Shown here: one piece after another, positions 51,532 through 60,874 of the stretch
Layout: the number at the start of each line of letters is the position of its first letter
Position numbering within the stretch: the first letter of the stretch is position 1
Origin: Anaerolineales bacterium
GTDB lineage: Bacteria > Chloroflexota > Anaerolineae > Anaerolineales > E44-bin32
Assembly: GCA_048054495.1 (NCBI GenBank)
Contig: JBGMQN010000071.1
Coordinates: forward strand, 9,632-73,631
Length of the DNA: 64,000 nucleotides
Direction: 5' to 3'
Translations under genes and position numbers: made by a program
Notes under the pieces: model-generated
Database searches by the model: none
Seen by the model: the letters and a program-made list of their open reading frames with translations, nothing else
Told to the model about the DNA's origin: nothing

Positions 51532-52665
51532 CTAGAGCGGTCTCAGGACCCGGTCTTCCTTCAAGCGTTTGAACCAGAGTGACGAACCACGCGGCATCGA
51601 TTCCATGGCAGCCTCCTGCCAGGCACGGACGCCCAGGCCCTGTACGGTTTGAGGCCGGTAGCCAACTCCTCGCCAGGCGGCGGCGTGCTGCGCCAGGTAC
51701 GGCGGGAGGAACAGCAACGAGGCCTCACTCTGCAGTTCATTGGATGCCGATTCCACCTGGTTCATCAGCGCTGGAATGGCTTCATCCAACGGAAGGTTGG
51801 GCGCGAAGTACAGCTCATCGATACGAGTTACCAGATTCTCGACCTGCCAGCCCGCAATGCCGGCGGTGTGACTGTCGCGCTCAATCATGAGAAAGGCCTT
51901 CTCACCGAAAGCCGCCATGACATCTTCGCGGTTCATCTTCTTCTTGCCATGGGTAACTTGAGTGATGAACCGCGCGATATCGTCGGCATCCTGCGGGCGG
52001 CCACGCCGCACCACGAGCTGCCCAGGTTGCGCCTCGGGCGGTTGCTCCAGAAGGGGTTCCTTGGGCTTCGGTAGCTCCGCCCAGGCGGCCTGAACCTGTT
52101 CCCAGGTGTTTTCGAAGGAACCCTCATTGCGGATCACGACCGAAGCTGCGCGCTCCTTGCTCGTTTGCGGCGATTGGGCCGAAATGCGCTGCTTGGAGGC
52201 GGCTTCAGAAAGCTTGCGCTTGTGCATCAGGCGCGATACCTGAAGCTTTTCCGCTGCGGATACTACCCATACGCTGTCACAACCCGCCGCCAGATCGGTC
52301 TCCAGCAATTTGATCGCTTCGATCACCACCACACTGTGTTTCGCGCGTCGGATCAGCAGATCGATGGCGTGCGTTACCAGCGGATGAACGATGTTTTCGA
52401 GTTTTTCGAGCGCCCCTGGATCCGAGAACACGATCTTCGCCAGTCGGGCGCGGTCGATCTGGCCCTCATCATCCACGATCCACTCGCCAAATGCCTTCAG
52501 AACCAACGGAAAGCCGGGCGCACCCTTGGCCATCGCGCGATGCGCTAGAGCATCGGCATCAATGCCGTAGGCCCCAAGATGCTCCAGCATCTTGCGCACC
52601 ACACTCTTACCCGTGGCAATATTGCCCGTGAGACCAATTACGTACTTGCCGGGCCAGCGACTCAA
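51532..52665 (-). CDS. coaE: Dephospho-CoA kinase fused to a ~170-aa GNAT-like C-terminal domain
   Basis: The N-terminal ~200 aa carries P-loop GLTGNIATGKS and CoaE layout. The C-terminal half (LVVRRGRPQDADDIARFI ... IAGWQVENLVTRIDELYF ...) resembles an acetyltransferase fold, but the match is weak. Confidence 0.75.
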   Translation of the reverse strand: MSRWPGKYVIGLTGNIATGKSVVRKMLEHLGAYGIDADALAHRAMAKGAPGFPLVLKAFGEWIVDDEGQIDRARLAKIVFSDPGALEKLENIVHPLVTHAIDLLIRRAKHSVVVIEAIKLLETDLAAGCDSVWVVSAAEKLQVSRLMHKRKLSEAASKQRISAQSPQTSKERAASVVIRNEGSFENTWEQVQAAWAELPKPKEPLLEQPPEAQPGQLVVRRGRPQDADDIARFITQVTHGKKKMNREDVMAAFGEKAFLMIERDSHTAGIAGWQVENLVTRIDELYFAPNLPLDEAIPALMNQVESASNELQSEASLLFLPPYLAQHAAAWRGVGYRPQTVQGLGVRAWQEAAMESMPRGSSLWFKRLKEDRVLRPL

Positions 52666-52728
52666 ATCATCACTCCATAAAGGGCAGGTGGATTGTAGCT
52701 TTCAGAATTGGGGTTGTCAAAGATCGGC

Positions 52729-54975
52729 TCAGCGGCCGAGTTGAGCGAAGTAAATCTGATCCCCGGCTGCCACAAATAGATCATTGGGAGGCGCCGCGGT
52801 GATGGCAGTTACCTCGGCTTCGAAGGTCGTGGGGTATTGCGCCTGATATACGAGCCGCATACTGTAGTGGAAGACCGTACCTTCCATCCCGTCCAGGAAG
52901 AACAGCGAAGGTTCTGGAGGCGGGGAGTATACGGAGCTTATGGGTTCGGCGCCCAAGATCGTGGCCTGTGGACCGAATCCGGCTCGTTCGTCCTGAAACT
53001 GTGGCTTCGATTCGCATTCGACTCGAATGCGAACGTTGCCTTCTACCGTGCTCTCTACTTCCCTGCGACATCGATCAATTCCGCCATCCGCGTATAGGAT
53101 GATAAGCTCGTCTTGGGCAAGTGCCAAGTCAATCGCCGTTCCTAGTTCTCGAACTTCTTCGACGAAGTAAAGGGCGGGGGAACCACTAAAAAGGCCGTCG
53201 GCTGCGTCGTAGATCCAGACCGCGTTCCTAACTGGATCCAGGACGTAAAGGTCGTCACCGAATACTTCTATGGCTTGAATCCTTCCCCATCCTACATCGG
53301 GTGCAGCTAGCTGGCCGGTGAGCGGATCGGCTCCGGGAGCACAGTACAGAAGGGAGGCGTTTGCATCGATTGCTACCACTCCTTCCGTGCCCAGGGCGCC
53401 GGGCTCGCGCTGGATCACCATGCCAACCGGCTGGCCAAAGTCAGGAATACTGTCAGCGCCGGCCAGGCACTGAAACTGGTTATCGATCTCATATCCACGC
53501 CCTGTGGCCCAGGCGTGCCAGATGGTCATCGTCCCTCGGTCATAGGCGTAGAGGTCGGTTGCCGTAGCCGCAACGGAGACCAGCTCGGCCTTCGGTCCGA
53601 AGCCCCCACTCACCGCAGGCACAAAGTTTAATCGGACAACCCGATCCAGCCCGTCCATTGCCGCTTGTACCTCGCTGCGAAGGGAGATCGATCCGTCCGT
53701 GGTCTGATAGCTCTCAGCCAGGTCGAGCCACTGAGAGGCCGTAACCCAATCTGGCCGCGATTCCTCACCGGGCGGCTTGAGTTGGGCGGCGATTACGGAT
53801 GATTGCGCCTGAGCCAGGTAACTATCAAATTGCTCTACACGGCCCTGCTTGAAGTAAATTAGGCTGGAAATGCCGACTACGAGGATCGGCACTGCCGCGG
53901 CCGTGAAGGCCAGCAAGTTGGGCGAAAATTCATCAAACTTCTGGGGGTCTAGCGTCCCGGGAATCAAGCGGACGATAACCTCAATCATGAGGCGCGAGGC
54001 TCGCCTTGTGATGATCCTCAGTCGGAAGGCCAGCTGGCGGGCCCAGATCCTGGGTGTGTCGTTCTCGAAGTCAGCGGGATCGTCCTTTGGGGTTTTAGTA
54101 TCCTGTACCTTGGACCGTGGACCCGATCCAACAACCCCGATTGCGGGAGGCTGGTCAGGTGAATGCCCACCCGCTGGTTCATGCTCAACCGCTTGGGAAC
54201 CAGGAGTGCTTACACTCGCAGGCCTGGCTTGGACAGCGGGAGAGGGGTGGCTGGGATACGAAGGCCCTGCCGGCTGCTTTTGAACCTGGGCCGCCGCCGA
54301 AACCGTCGCGCCTGGCCGGGATTCTCCTGCAGCGGATCGCGCCGAGGGTTTCCCCGGGACCTGGATCACCAAGCCCGTGATGTCTCGATCGGCTCCGGCC
54401 ACCAAACGATCGGATACCTGTTCAAGGCCCAGGCTGGCGAGTCCCGTGAGGGAAACGTCGGACCACGGTACGTCGTCTGCCGCGGTGAGAATGATGAGAT
54501 CGGAGGGCTGCAGCTCGAGATGCTGGAACTGAATCATCGGGGCCAGCGAGCTGCCGAGGGGACGCTTGGAGCCATTCATGCGACTCACGGTTCCCGATCG
54601 AATCAAAATCGTCGCACCTGCTCCGCACTCCGAGAAGTACAGGTCCTGGCCGCGGAGCGCACCCACCACCATGCTTGCTTCAAGAGCGCCATCGAGCAGC
54701 ACTTGATTCACAGCCAAGGTTGCCTGACGCAAAGCAGCGGTAACGGATCCAGGAGTTCTAAAGAAGGCTTGCGCGCCGACCTGCGCCAGCCTCGAAGCAC
54801 GACCTTCACCCGCATTACCGAGTAGTTTGAGGCTGACAAAGAGAAAATCGTGGCTGCGCCCTCGCGCCGCTTTGCGTGGGGGCGACAGCGCAAGCGTGCC
54901 GGGCGGAGGGGAACTCCGTCCCTCTCCGCCTGCGATGTGCAACAGGCTGATGTTTGCTTTTACAGGCTTAGTCAC
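52729..54975 (-). CDS. Large membrane protein: N-terminal PP2C/SpoIIE-like (apparently degenerate) domain, Pro-rich linker, TM, and C-terminal beta-propeller-like domain
   Basis: GTG start. The N-terminal pattern is FVSLKL...GSVTAALRQATLAVNQ...MVVGALRGQDLYFSECGAGATILIRSG.. with no obvious metal-binding Asp pairs. One TM is LLAFTAAAVPILVVGISSLIYF. The C-terminal part has repeated blade-like segments (DLYAYD, LLYCAPG, DLYVLD, LIILYADG, LFFLDG, DLFVAAG). Confidence 0.5.
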   Translation of the reverse strand: MTKPVKANISLLHIAGGEGRSSPPPGTLALSPPRKAARGRSHDFLFVSLKLLGNAGEGRASRLAQVGAQAFFRTPGSVTAALRQATLAVNQVLLDGALEASMVVGALRGQDLYFSECGAGATILIRSGTVSRMNGSKRPLGSSLAPMIQFQHLELQPSDLIILTAADDVPWSDVSLTGLASLGLEQVSDRLVAGADRDITGLVIQVPGKPSARSAAGESRPGATVSAAAQVQKQPAGPSYPSHPSPAVQARPASVSTPGSQAVEHEPAGGHSPDQPPAIGVVGSGPRSKVQDTKTPKDDPADFENDTPRIWARQLAFRLRIITRRASRLMIEVIVRLIPGTLDPQKFDEFSPNLLAFTAAAVPILVVGISSLIYFKQGRVEQFDSYLAQAQSSVIAAQLKPPGEESRPDWVTASQWLDLAESYQTTDGSISLRSEVQAAMDGLDRVVRLNFVPAVSGGFGPKAELVSVAATATDLYAYDRGTMTIWHAWATGRGYEIDNQFQCLAGADSIPDFGQPVGMVIQREPGALGTEGVVAIDANASLLYCAPGADPLTGQLAAPDVGWGRIQAIEVFGDDLYVLDPVRNAVWIYDAADGLFSGSPALYFVEEVRELGTAIDLALAQDELIILYADGGIDRCRREVESTVEGNVRIRVECESKPQFQDERAGFGPQATILGAEPISSVYSPPPEPSLFFLDGMEGTVFHYSMRLVYQAQYPTTFEAEVTAITAAPPNDLFVAAGDQIYFAQLGR

Positions 54976-55075
54976 GGCCAGCTATTTTACAGTTACGACC
55001 TGCGGTCAGCAATCGGGTTGCAAGAAGCAGACCCGCGGATTTGTCATTCGGGGAAGCGGCGTTGAGAGTGGGCTG

Positions 55076-56005
55076 CTATGGCCAGAAACCTAAGTAGAAA
55101 CTGAGGCCCAGGCCGATTGCTACGAGGATTAGAAGCAGGACGCTGGCGGTCGCCAATACCAGGCCTGACCGCAGGCAGCCGCTAGAGCGCGCGGCGTCCG
55201 TATCCGGCACTTCGACGATAACCAGAGTGATATTGTCGTGTCCGCCCCGCGCCCTGGCCATATCGACCAAGGCGCTCGCGGCCTCTTCTGGAGAATGCTC
55301 GGACAACGCCTCTAATATCTCCTGATCTTCCACGAGATCAATCAGTCCGTCGGAGCAAAGCAGAATTTGGTCGTGAGCGGTCAGCTTCAGGCCTTGATTG
55401 GCTTCGGATGCTTCATCGCTTTCATCGGTAGATAGTCGCAACCGTACGTCAGGTATGGGATCTTGATCGCCGCCCAGATGCCGGTGAAGCACGTGTGCAT
55501 TTGGATGGTTTCGAGCCTCTTCCGGCGTCAAAATACCGTGGATGATGGCTTCCTGGACCCAGGTGTGATCGATAGATATCTGTTGGATCTCGCCGGACCG
55601 TATGAGATAGGTCCTGCTATCGCCAACTGAGACGGTATACAACCGGTGCCCGACCACCATCGCCGTAGCGATGGTAGAGCCCATGCCTTGCAGTGCTTCG
55701 TCCTGCATCGAAGATTTGGATATGGACCGACCCGCGCCGATGATGGCTTCTGAGAGCTCCGCAACGGGGTGGTCGCCGCTGGCGTCAGCCATGGCACCGG
55801 AGACTTCATCCACCGTGATTTGCGCCGCCACTTCGCCCGCTTGATGGCCGCCGATCCCATCCGCGACGATGGCCAGCGTGACCGGCATTTGGTCCGAATC
55901 TCGCTTGTAGTAGGTAACTGAGTAGCGGTCCTCGTTGATCTCCCGGGCCTCGCCCGGATGAGACAAAGCGGCAACCGTAAGATGTGATTTATCGGTGGTG
56001 ATCAT
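55076..56005 (-). CDS. PP2C-family Ser/Thr phosphatase with C-terminal TM anchor
   Basis: NEDRY, VADGIGGHQAGEVA, VGDSRTY, DHTW, CSDGL and GGHDNITL motifs. C-terminal hydrophobic helix. The ATG overlaps the FHA gene stop (ATGA). Confidence 0.9.
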   Translation of the reverse strand: MITTDKSHLTVAALSHPGEAREINEDRYSVTYYKRDSDQMPVTLAIVADGIGGHQAGEVAAQITVDEVSGAMADASGDHPVAELSEAIIGAGRSISKSSMQDEALQGMGSTIATAMVVGHRLYTVSVGDSRTYLIRSGEIQQISIDHTWVQEAIIHGILTPEEARNHPNAHVLHRHLGGDQDPIPDVRLRLSTDESDEASEANQGLKLTAHDQILLCSDGLIDLVEDQEILEALSEHSPEEAASALVDMARARGGHDNITLVIVEVPDTDAARSSGCLRSGLVLATASVLLLILVAIGLGLSFYLGFWP

Positions 56006-57804
56006 GCAGTGGGTGACCCCTCGTCCGGCGAGATCCGAATCTTTCGTGGAGGATGATCTCCGGGTAGCTGAAACCGGAATTCGACACGTCCTAACTGAAT
56101 ATGATCGCCGTGCTGAAGGCGCTGTCCGGATTTTGGAACAAGCTCGTAATTGATCCAGGTCCCGGCGACGCTGCCCTGGTCCCGCAGCAAGTAATCGCCA
56201 TCGGCCTGGCGGATCAGCCGCGCATGCATCCGCTCCACAGATGGATCGTCCAGAACGATAGCAGCCAGTGACGCGTCTCTCCCAAGTACGACATCTACGC
56301 CGGTCAGCGGAACCGGATCACCCGATGGCCGCAGTGGGATAAGCAGGGCTTCGGGTGGGCCAGTGCTCTGGAGCCTCATGCGCTTGACCGGGTTCAGCCG
56401 GACTCCGGCGGCTGGCTCCGGGAGCGGTGCCCGCCGAATGAGGGTTGTGAGACCAATGACGAGCACCATGCCTGCCACGATTACGGCCAGCACCGCCACC
56501 AGCGAATCCAGCGCCGGGCGAAGCGCGGAGAGGCCTTCCTCCGGCCTGGAAACCACTACCTGGACCGGATGCTCGATCGTTTCTGCCTCCAGGCCGAGAG
56601 TATCCTCTACGAGGACTTTGAGAGTATGGGCGCCGCTCCGGCGGTACTGCGTCAGATCCCACTCGAATCGATCAAACGGCGCTTCACGCCGCACGTCAGC
56701 GACTTCTTCGTCAACCAGCAATGAGCTCCGCTCAATACTGCGAGCATACCCGTCCGGGAACGTAGTCAATATCTGGAGGTCGAAGGAGGTCGGAGTAATA
56801 TCCTCCACCCTCAGCTCCGGGTCATCTGTCTGTCGCACGATTTCGTTTGGCGGCTGGATGAATGCCACTTCGGGAGGCCGTACGTCGATCTCGTAGCGGA
56901 TTGGTGGTGAGCTCGTCTGAAAACCTTCATCCTTGACCTGTACCTGTATCAGATGGGTCCCTGGCGTATCTGCCTGTGAAGAGAATGTGACCTTGTATTG
57001 GAACCGCTGATCCAGGATGCGATCGGCGACCGCCCCCATTCCATCCTCCGGGTCAAAGGCCAGAAACTGGCCACCGGTGGACTCTGCAAGCTCCCTCAAG
57101 GGCTCAACTTCGGGCTGCTCCAAACCCTGCTCGGTGGAGAATAAGACTGGAAAGATGGCGGTGCCAGAATCGCTCGCACGGGAGATCGCGTTCGCGATCG
57201 GTAGATCCCGCGGGGTTTCAATGAGTGGCGTCATGAAGACAAGCGAGCTCGGAAGCGTCGCATCCTCCGGAGGATCAGACGAGAAATCCAGCGCCAGCAG
57301 AAGCAAATCAAACCCGGATATGCTTCCTTCAAACGTTGGCTCCATTTGGTCCAGGGAGGCCGCAAGCTCGGCGGCCGAGTTGGAGTGCTGAATGAGCAAG
57401 CCGTCCGAGGTCAGCAGGCTGAGGTCGTCTATGCCGATCAAGCTGGCATCCGGGTCGCGCCAATAATCGAGCAGCTCCTCCCTGGCGAGGTCGAATCGCG
57501 TTCGACCGTGAGAGTCGCGCACCCCCAGGCCGGGAGCGGTATTGATGACGAAAACCTGGCGGGTGCCAATCAATACCTCCTCGACCACTAAGTCGTCCAC
57601 CGGTCGCTCATCCTCGAGAATTTTGAAGTTGTCAGCAGTGAGGCCTGGAATGCGCCGGCCTGCTTCATCCGAAACGCTTACCAGCAGGCTTATAGACGGA
57701 AAGGCCCGTGTATCCGGCTCGGTCCAGCTGAGAGAGGGTTGAAGCTGGGCAGTTGGGCGGAGCGCTATAGCCAGGAGAAGGCTGAGACGCCCCCAGCGGT
57801 GCAT
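56002..57804 (-). CDS. Bitopic membrane protein: extracytoplasmic vWA-like/Ig-like region, TM, and cytoplasmic FHA domain
   Basis: The signal/anchor at the N-terminus and the central TM (LVAVLAVIVAGMVLVIGLTTLI) are read directly. The C-terminal FHA pattern is VVLGRDASLAAIVLDDPSVERMHARLI...YLLRDQGSVAGTWIN...LQHGDHIQLGRVEFRF. Confidence 0.8.
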   Translation of the reverse strand: MHRWGRLSLLLAIALRPTAQLQPSLSWTEPDTRAFPSISLLVSVSDEAGRRIPGLTADNFKILEDERPVDDLVVEEVLIGTRQVFVINTAPGLGVRDSHGRTRFDLAREELLDYWRDPDASLIGIDDLSLLTSDGLLIQHSNSAAELAASLDQMEPTFEGSISGFDLLLLALDFSSDPPEDATLPSSLVFMTPLIETPRDLPIANAISRASDSGTAIFPVLFSTEQGLEQPEVEPLRELAESTGGQFLAFDPEDGMGAVADRILDQRFQYKVTFSSQADTPGTHLIQVQVKDEGFQTSSPPIRYEIDVRPPEVAFIQPPNEIVRQTDDPELRVEDITPTSFDLQILTTFPDGYARSIERSSLLVDEEVADVRREAPFDRFEWDLTQYRRSGAHTLKVLVEDTLGLEAETIEHPVQVVVSRPEEGLSALRPALDSLVAVLAVIVAGMVLVIGLTTLIRRAPLPEPAAGVRLNPVKRMRLQSTGPPEALLIPLRPSGDPVPLTGVDVVLGRDASLAAIVLDDPSVERMHARLIRQADGDYLLRDQGSVAGTWINYELVPKSGQRLQHGDHIQLGRVEFRFQLPGDHPPRKIRISPDEGSPTA

Positions 57805-57824
57805 GTGCAGATTTTAGCATGATG

Positions 57825-59348
57825 CTATTCCCATTCGATCGTCGCGGGCGGCTTGCTCGTGATGTCATAAACCACGCGATTAATGCCGGAGACCTCGTTG
57901 ACGATCCGACTGCTGATCCGAGCAAGCAGATCGTGTGGTAAGCGAGCCCAGTCGGCCGTCATGAAGTCCTCCGTTGCCACGACTCGCAAAGCAATCGTCT
58001 CTCCATAAGTGCGCTGGTCTCCCATCACACCCACCGATCGCACGGGCAATAGCACAGCAAACGCCTGAGACACTTCATGCGAATGCAATTCGTCCGTAAG
58101 GATTCGATCCGCCGCACGCAGTTGCTCGAGTCGAGGCGGCGTGACCTCGCCCAAACACCTGATGGCGAGACCCGGGCCAGGGAACGGATGGCGCTCCAGC
58201 AGCTCGTCCGGCAAGCCGAGCTCGCGCCCCACTTTGCGGACCTCATCTTTAAAGAGCGATCGCAGAGGTTCGACAAGCGCGAAGTCCATGTCCGCCGGTA
58301 GCCCTCCCACGTTGTGATGGGTCTTGATCCGAGCTGCCACTTCACGATCTCTGCCGCTAGATTCAACGACATCCGGGTAGATCGTGCCCTGCACTAGGAA
58401 GCGCGGACGCTCGATACGTTCAGCGGCCTCTTCAAATACTCGAATGAACTGCTCGCCGATGACCCGGCGCTTCTGCTCGGGATCGGTGACACCAGTCAGG
58501 CTGTCCAGAAATCTTTCAGATGCATCAATTACCTGCAGTTGGCCGCCAAGCAGCGGACCCAGGCTCGCTGCAACCATGGCCTGTTCGCCGCTGCGAAGCA
58601 AGCCCGTGTCCACAAACACACACTCGAGTCGTTCTCCCAGGGCTCGATAAGCCAGTACGGACGCCACAGCAGAATCGACGCCACCGCTTACAGCCGCGAC
58701 CGCGCTTCCCTCGTCCACCTGCTGCTGAATGCTCCGAATGGCTTGAGGAACTATGGAAGAAGGGGACCAATCGGTGCTTGCCCCGCATATATCCACTGCG
58801 AATCGGCGCAATATTTCGCCGCCCCCCTGCGTATGTTCGACCTCGGGGTGGAATTGCAGTCCATAAATCCGAGCGATCCGATTACCCATCGCCGCGTGGG
58901 GCGAATTCTTCGAGCTGGCTATGACCTGAAATCCGCTGGGCAAAACATCCACACGGTCGCCGTGCGACATCCAGACCTGATGCGATCCATGTTCAAGAAG
59001 GCCGTCTCCATCAACGACAATGATCTCCGCCGCTCCGTACTCGCGAGATTGGGCAGGAGCGACTGTCCCTCCTAGCGCGTCGGCGAGAGCCTGCATTCCG
59101 TAACAGATCCCCAGGATCGGTTGCCCAGACTCGAGAACGAAACCAGGTATGCGAGGCGCTTCTTCTTCGTAGATGGAGGCCGGTCCGCCAGACAGGATGT
59201 AGCCGGAGGGATTTACGGCCAGAATATCTTCGGCGGGTGCGTCATACGGAAAGAGCTCACAATAGACCTGAGCCTCTCGCACTCGGCGCGCGATCAGATG
59301 TGAGGTTTGGGATCCGAAGTCGAGGATGGCGATCGTGTCGATCATCAA
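57825..59348 (-). CDS. guaA: GMP synthase (glutamine-hydrolysing)
   Basis: GATase motif [10 protein letters not shown]-PPase SGGVDS, and a conserved C-terminal ...KPPATIEWE. Confidence 0.95.
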   Translation of the reverse strand: MMIDTIAILDFGSQTSHLIARRVREAQVYCELFPYDAPAEDILAVNPSGYILSGGPASIYEEEAPRIPGFVLESGQPILGICYGMQALADALGGTVAPAQSREYGAAEIIVVDGDGLLEHGSHQVWMSHGDRVDVLPSGFQVIASSKNSPHAAMGNRIARIYGLQFHPEVEHTQGGGEILRRFAVDICGASTDWSPSSIVPQAIRSIQQQVDEGSAVAAVSGGVDSAVASVLAYRALGERLECVFVDTGLLRSGEQAMVAASLGPLLGGQLQVIDASERFLDSLTGVTDPEQKRRVIGEQFIRVFEEAAERIERPRFLVQGTIYPDVVESSGRDREVAARIKTHHNVGGLPADMDFALVEPLRSLFKDEVRKVGRELGLPDELLERHPFPGPGLAIRCLGEVTPPRLEQLRAADRILTDELHSHEVSQAFAVLLPVRSVGVMGDQRTYGETIALRVVATEDFMTADWARLPHDLLARISSRIVNEVSGINRVVYDITSKPPATIEWE

Positions 59349-59351
59349 GGA

Positions 59352-59927
59352 CTATTCGCCCTCAAATACGATCTTGCCATCGCTCATATCGGTGATTACC
59401 GCCAGGGCTTCAATAGGCACTTCCAGATGGCCCAGCAGGTCGCGGCCGCCCTCAAATTGCTTCTCGATCAAGGCGCCGATGCCGACCACCGAAGCCCCTG
59501 CCGCGCTGGCCAACCGTACCAATCCCATGATGGTCTGGCCAGAGGCAAGGAAATCATCGATGATCAACACCCTTTCCTCGAGGCCCAAATACTCAGGCGA
59601 GACGATCAGCTCCACCGTTCGCCCCTTGGTGTGCGAAGGAGCCAGCGTCAGAAAAATCTGATCCGGCATGGTGATGGGTTTGGACTTCCGCGCGTAAACT
59701 ACGGGCAAGCCCAGTTCGGCGGCCGTGGTCAAGGCAGGAGCGATGCCTGAAATCTCGGCTGTCAGTACTTTGGAGGCGGATACCCCGTGAAAGCGCTTTG
59801 CGAGTTCCTTTCCGCATGCAACCATCAAGCCGGGATCGACCTGATGGTTGATGAATCCGTCGACTTTTAGGATGCCTCCACCGAGGTTGGCGCCATCTTG
59901 CAGGATTCGCTGTTCGAGGAGTTTCAT
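59352..59927 (-). CDS. xpt: Xanthine phosphoribosyltransferase
   Basis: N-terminal LLEQRILQDGANLGGGILKVDGFINHQVDP and PRPP motif VLIIDDFLASGQT. 3-nt gap to guaA. Confidence 0.88.
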   Translation of the reverse strand: MKLLEQRILQDGANLGGGILKVDGFINHQVDPGLMVACGKELAKRFHGVSASKVLTAEISGIAPALTTAAELGLPVVYARKSKPITMPDQIFLTLAPSHTKGRTVELIVSPEYLGLEERVLIIDDFLASGQTIMGLVRLASAAGASVVGIGALIEKQFEGGRDLLGHLEVPIEALAVITDMSDGKIVFEGE

Positions 59928-60016
59928 GCTCTTGATCTCAGTAGGGTTGCTCGATTTTACAACCGGCGCAATGTGCGGCCAAGCTCAGCACAAGAATCCA
60001 ATGGCACACATTTCAC

Positions 60017-60059
60017 TTGACATAGAACGGATGTTCCGCTAGAATACGAACAAGCGTGC
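60017..60059 (+). promoter_or_regulatory. lexA promoter (TTGACA-17 nt-TAGAAT) with an embedded SOS box GAAC-N4-GTTC and a second imperfect box
   Basis: TTGACA at 60017-60022 and TAGAAT at 60040-60045. The palindrome aGAACggatGTTCc at 60024-60037 lies inside the spacer. An imperfect GAACaagcGTGC lies at 60048-60059. Confidence 0.75.
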
Positions 60060-60092
60060 GGATTTCCGCGCAAGCCGCGCAAGGAGGCTGCA

Positions 60093-60743
60093 ATGGCTCG
60101 AGGCAAGCTGTCGGATCGCCAACGCAAAATGCTCGATTTTATACGAATGTTCAGTCTGCAGCGTGGTTATCCGCCTTCCATTCGAGAGATCGGGGCGGCG
60201 GTAGATATCTCGTCGACATCCGTTGTGAATTACAACCTGAACCGTCTGGTCGACCAGGGATACCTGGATCGTGACCAGAATGTCTCACGTGGCCTTCGGC
60301 TAACGGAGAAACTCTCTTCGCAGGTGAGCGGCATTGTGCGCGTACCGCTGGTGGGCCGGATCTTTGCCAGCGAGCCGGTGCCGATTCCGAGCTCCGATTC
60401 TCCGATGTTTGGGGCAGATGAGGCGATTGAGATCACGCAGGACTTGCTCAGCACCACGGAAGACCTCTTCGCGCTTGAGGTGAAGGGAGACTCGATGATC
60501 GACGCCATGATCAGCGAAGGGGATATTGTGGTTATGCAGCGGAGGTCGGAATGGTCGAATGGGGACATGGTCGCGGTTTGGCTCAAAGATAAGGAAGAGA
60601 CCACGCTCAAGCATATCTATCGCGAGGGAAATACCGTGCGATTGCAGCCTGCCAATCCCACCATGAAGCCGATCCTCATTGAGAACCCGGAGAACTTGGA
60701 AGTTCAGGGCAAGGTGATGCTGGTCCTGCGGCAGCTCGATTGA
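60093..60743 (+). CDS. lexA: LexA repressor
   Basis: N-terminal winged HTH (LSDRQRKMLDFI...GYPPSIREIG), a candidate Ala-Gly-type cleavage region, S24 peptidase Ser (VKGDSM) and a Lys further downstream. Confidence 0.92.
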   Translation: MARGKLSDRQRKMLDFIRMFSLQRGYPPSIREIGAAVDISSTSVVNYNLNRLVDQGYLDRDQNVSRGLRLTEKLSSQVSGIVRVPLVGRIFASEPVPIPSSDSPMFGADEAIEITQDLLSTTEDLFALEVKGDSMIDAMISEGDIVVMQRRSEWSNGDMVAVWLKDKEETTLKHIYREGNTVRLQPANPTMKPILIENPENLEVQGKVMLVLRQLD

Positions 60744-60874
60744 AGCTGTAGCCCGAGGACTTTTAATGTTGCCTGGCGAATCCAGGTCGCTGGGTTTCTG
60801 ATTCGGTCGCGCCCTTCGAACCCAGGGAACTTAGATCCGAGTTCAGGCTCTTGCGGTGAGATGTCGCTCAGGAG

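Noticed and set aside
54976-55075. Leaderless transcript for the 748-aa gene from a TGTAAAAT-like box just upstream of its GTG
   Set aside because: The box is a poor match, and a GTG-initiated leaderless mRNA is unlikely. The sequence alone gives insufficient support.
59928-60016. Purine riboswitch upstream of xpt
   Set aside because: The xpt 5' region (minus strand) lacks the conserved purine-riboswitch junction sequences (TATAAT..GG..CTACC..GTAAAT..GACTA pattern). Only a small GGTTG/CAACC hairpin is present.
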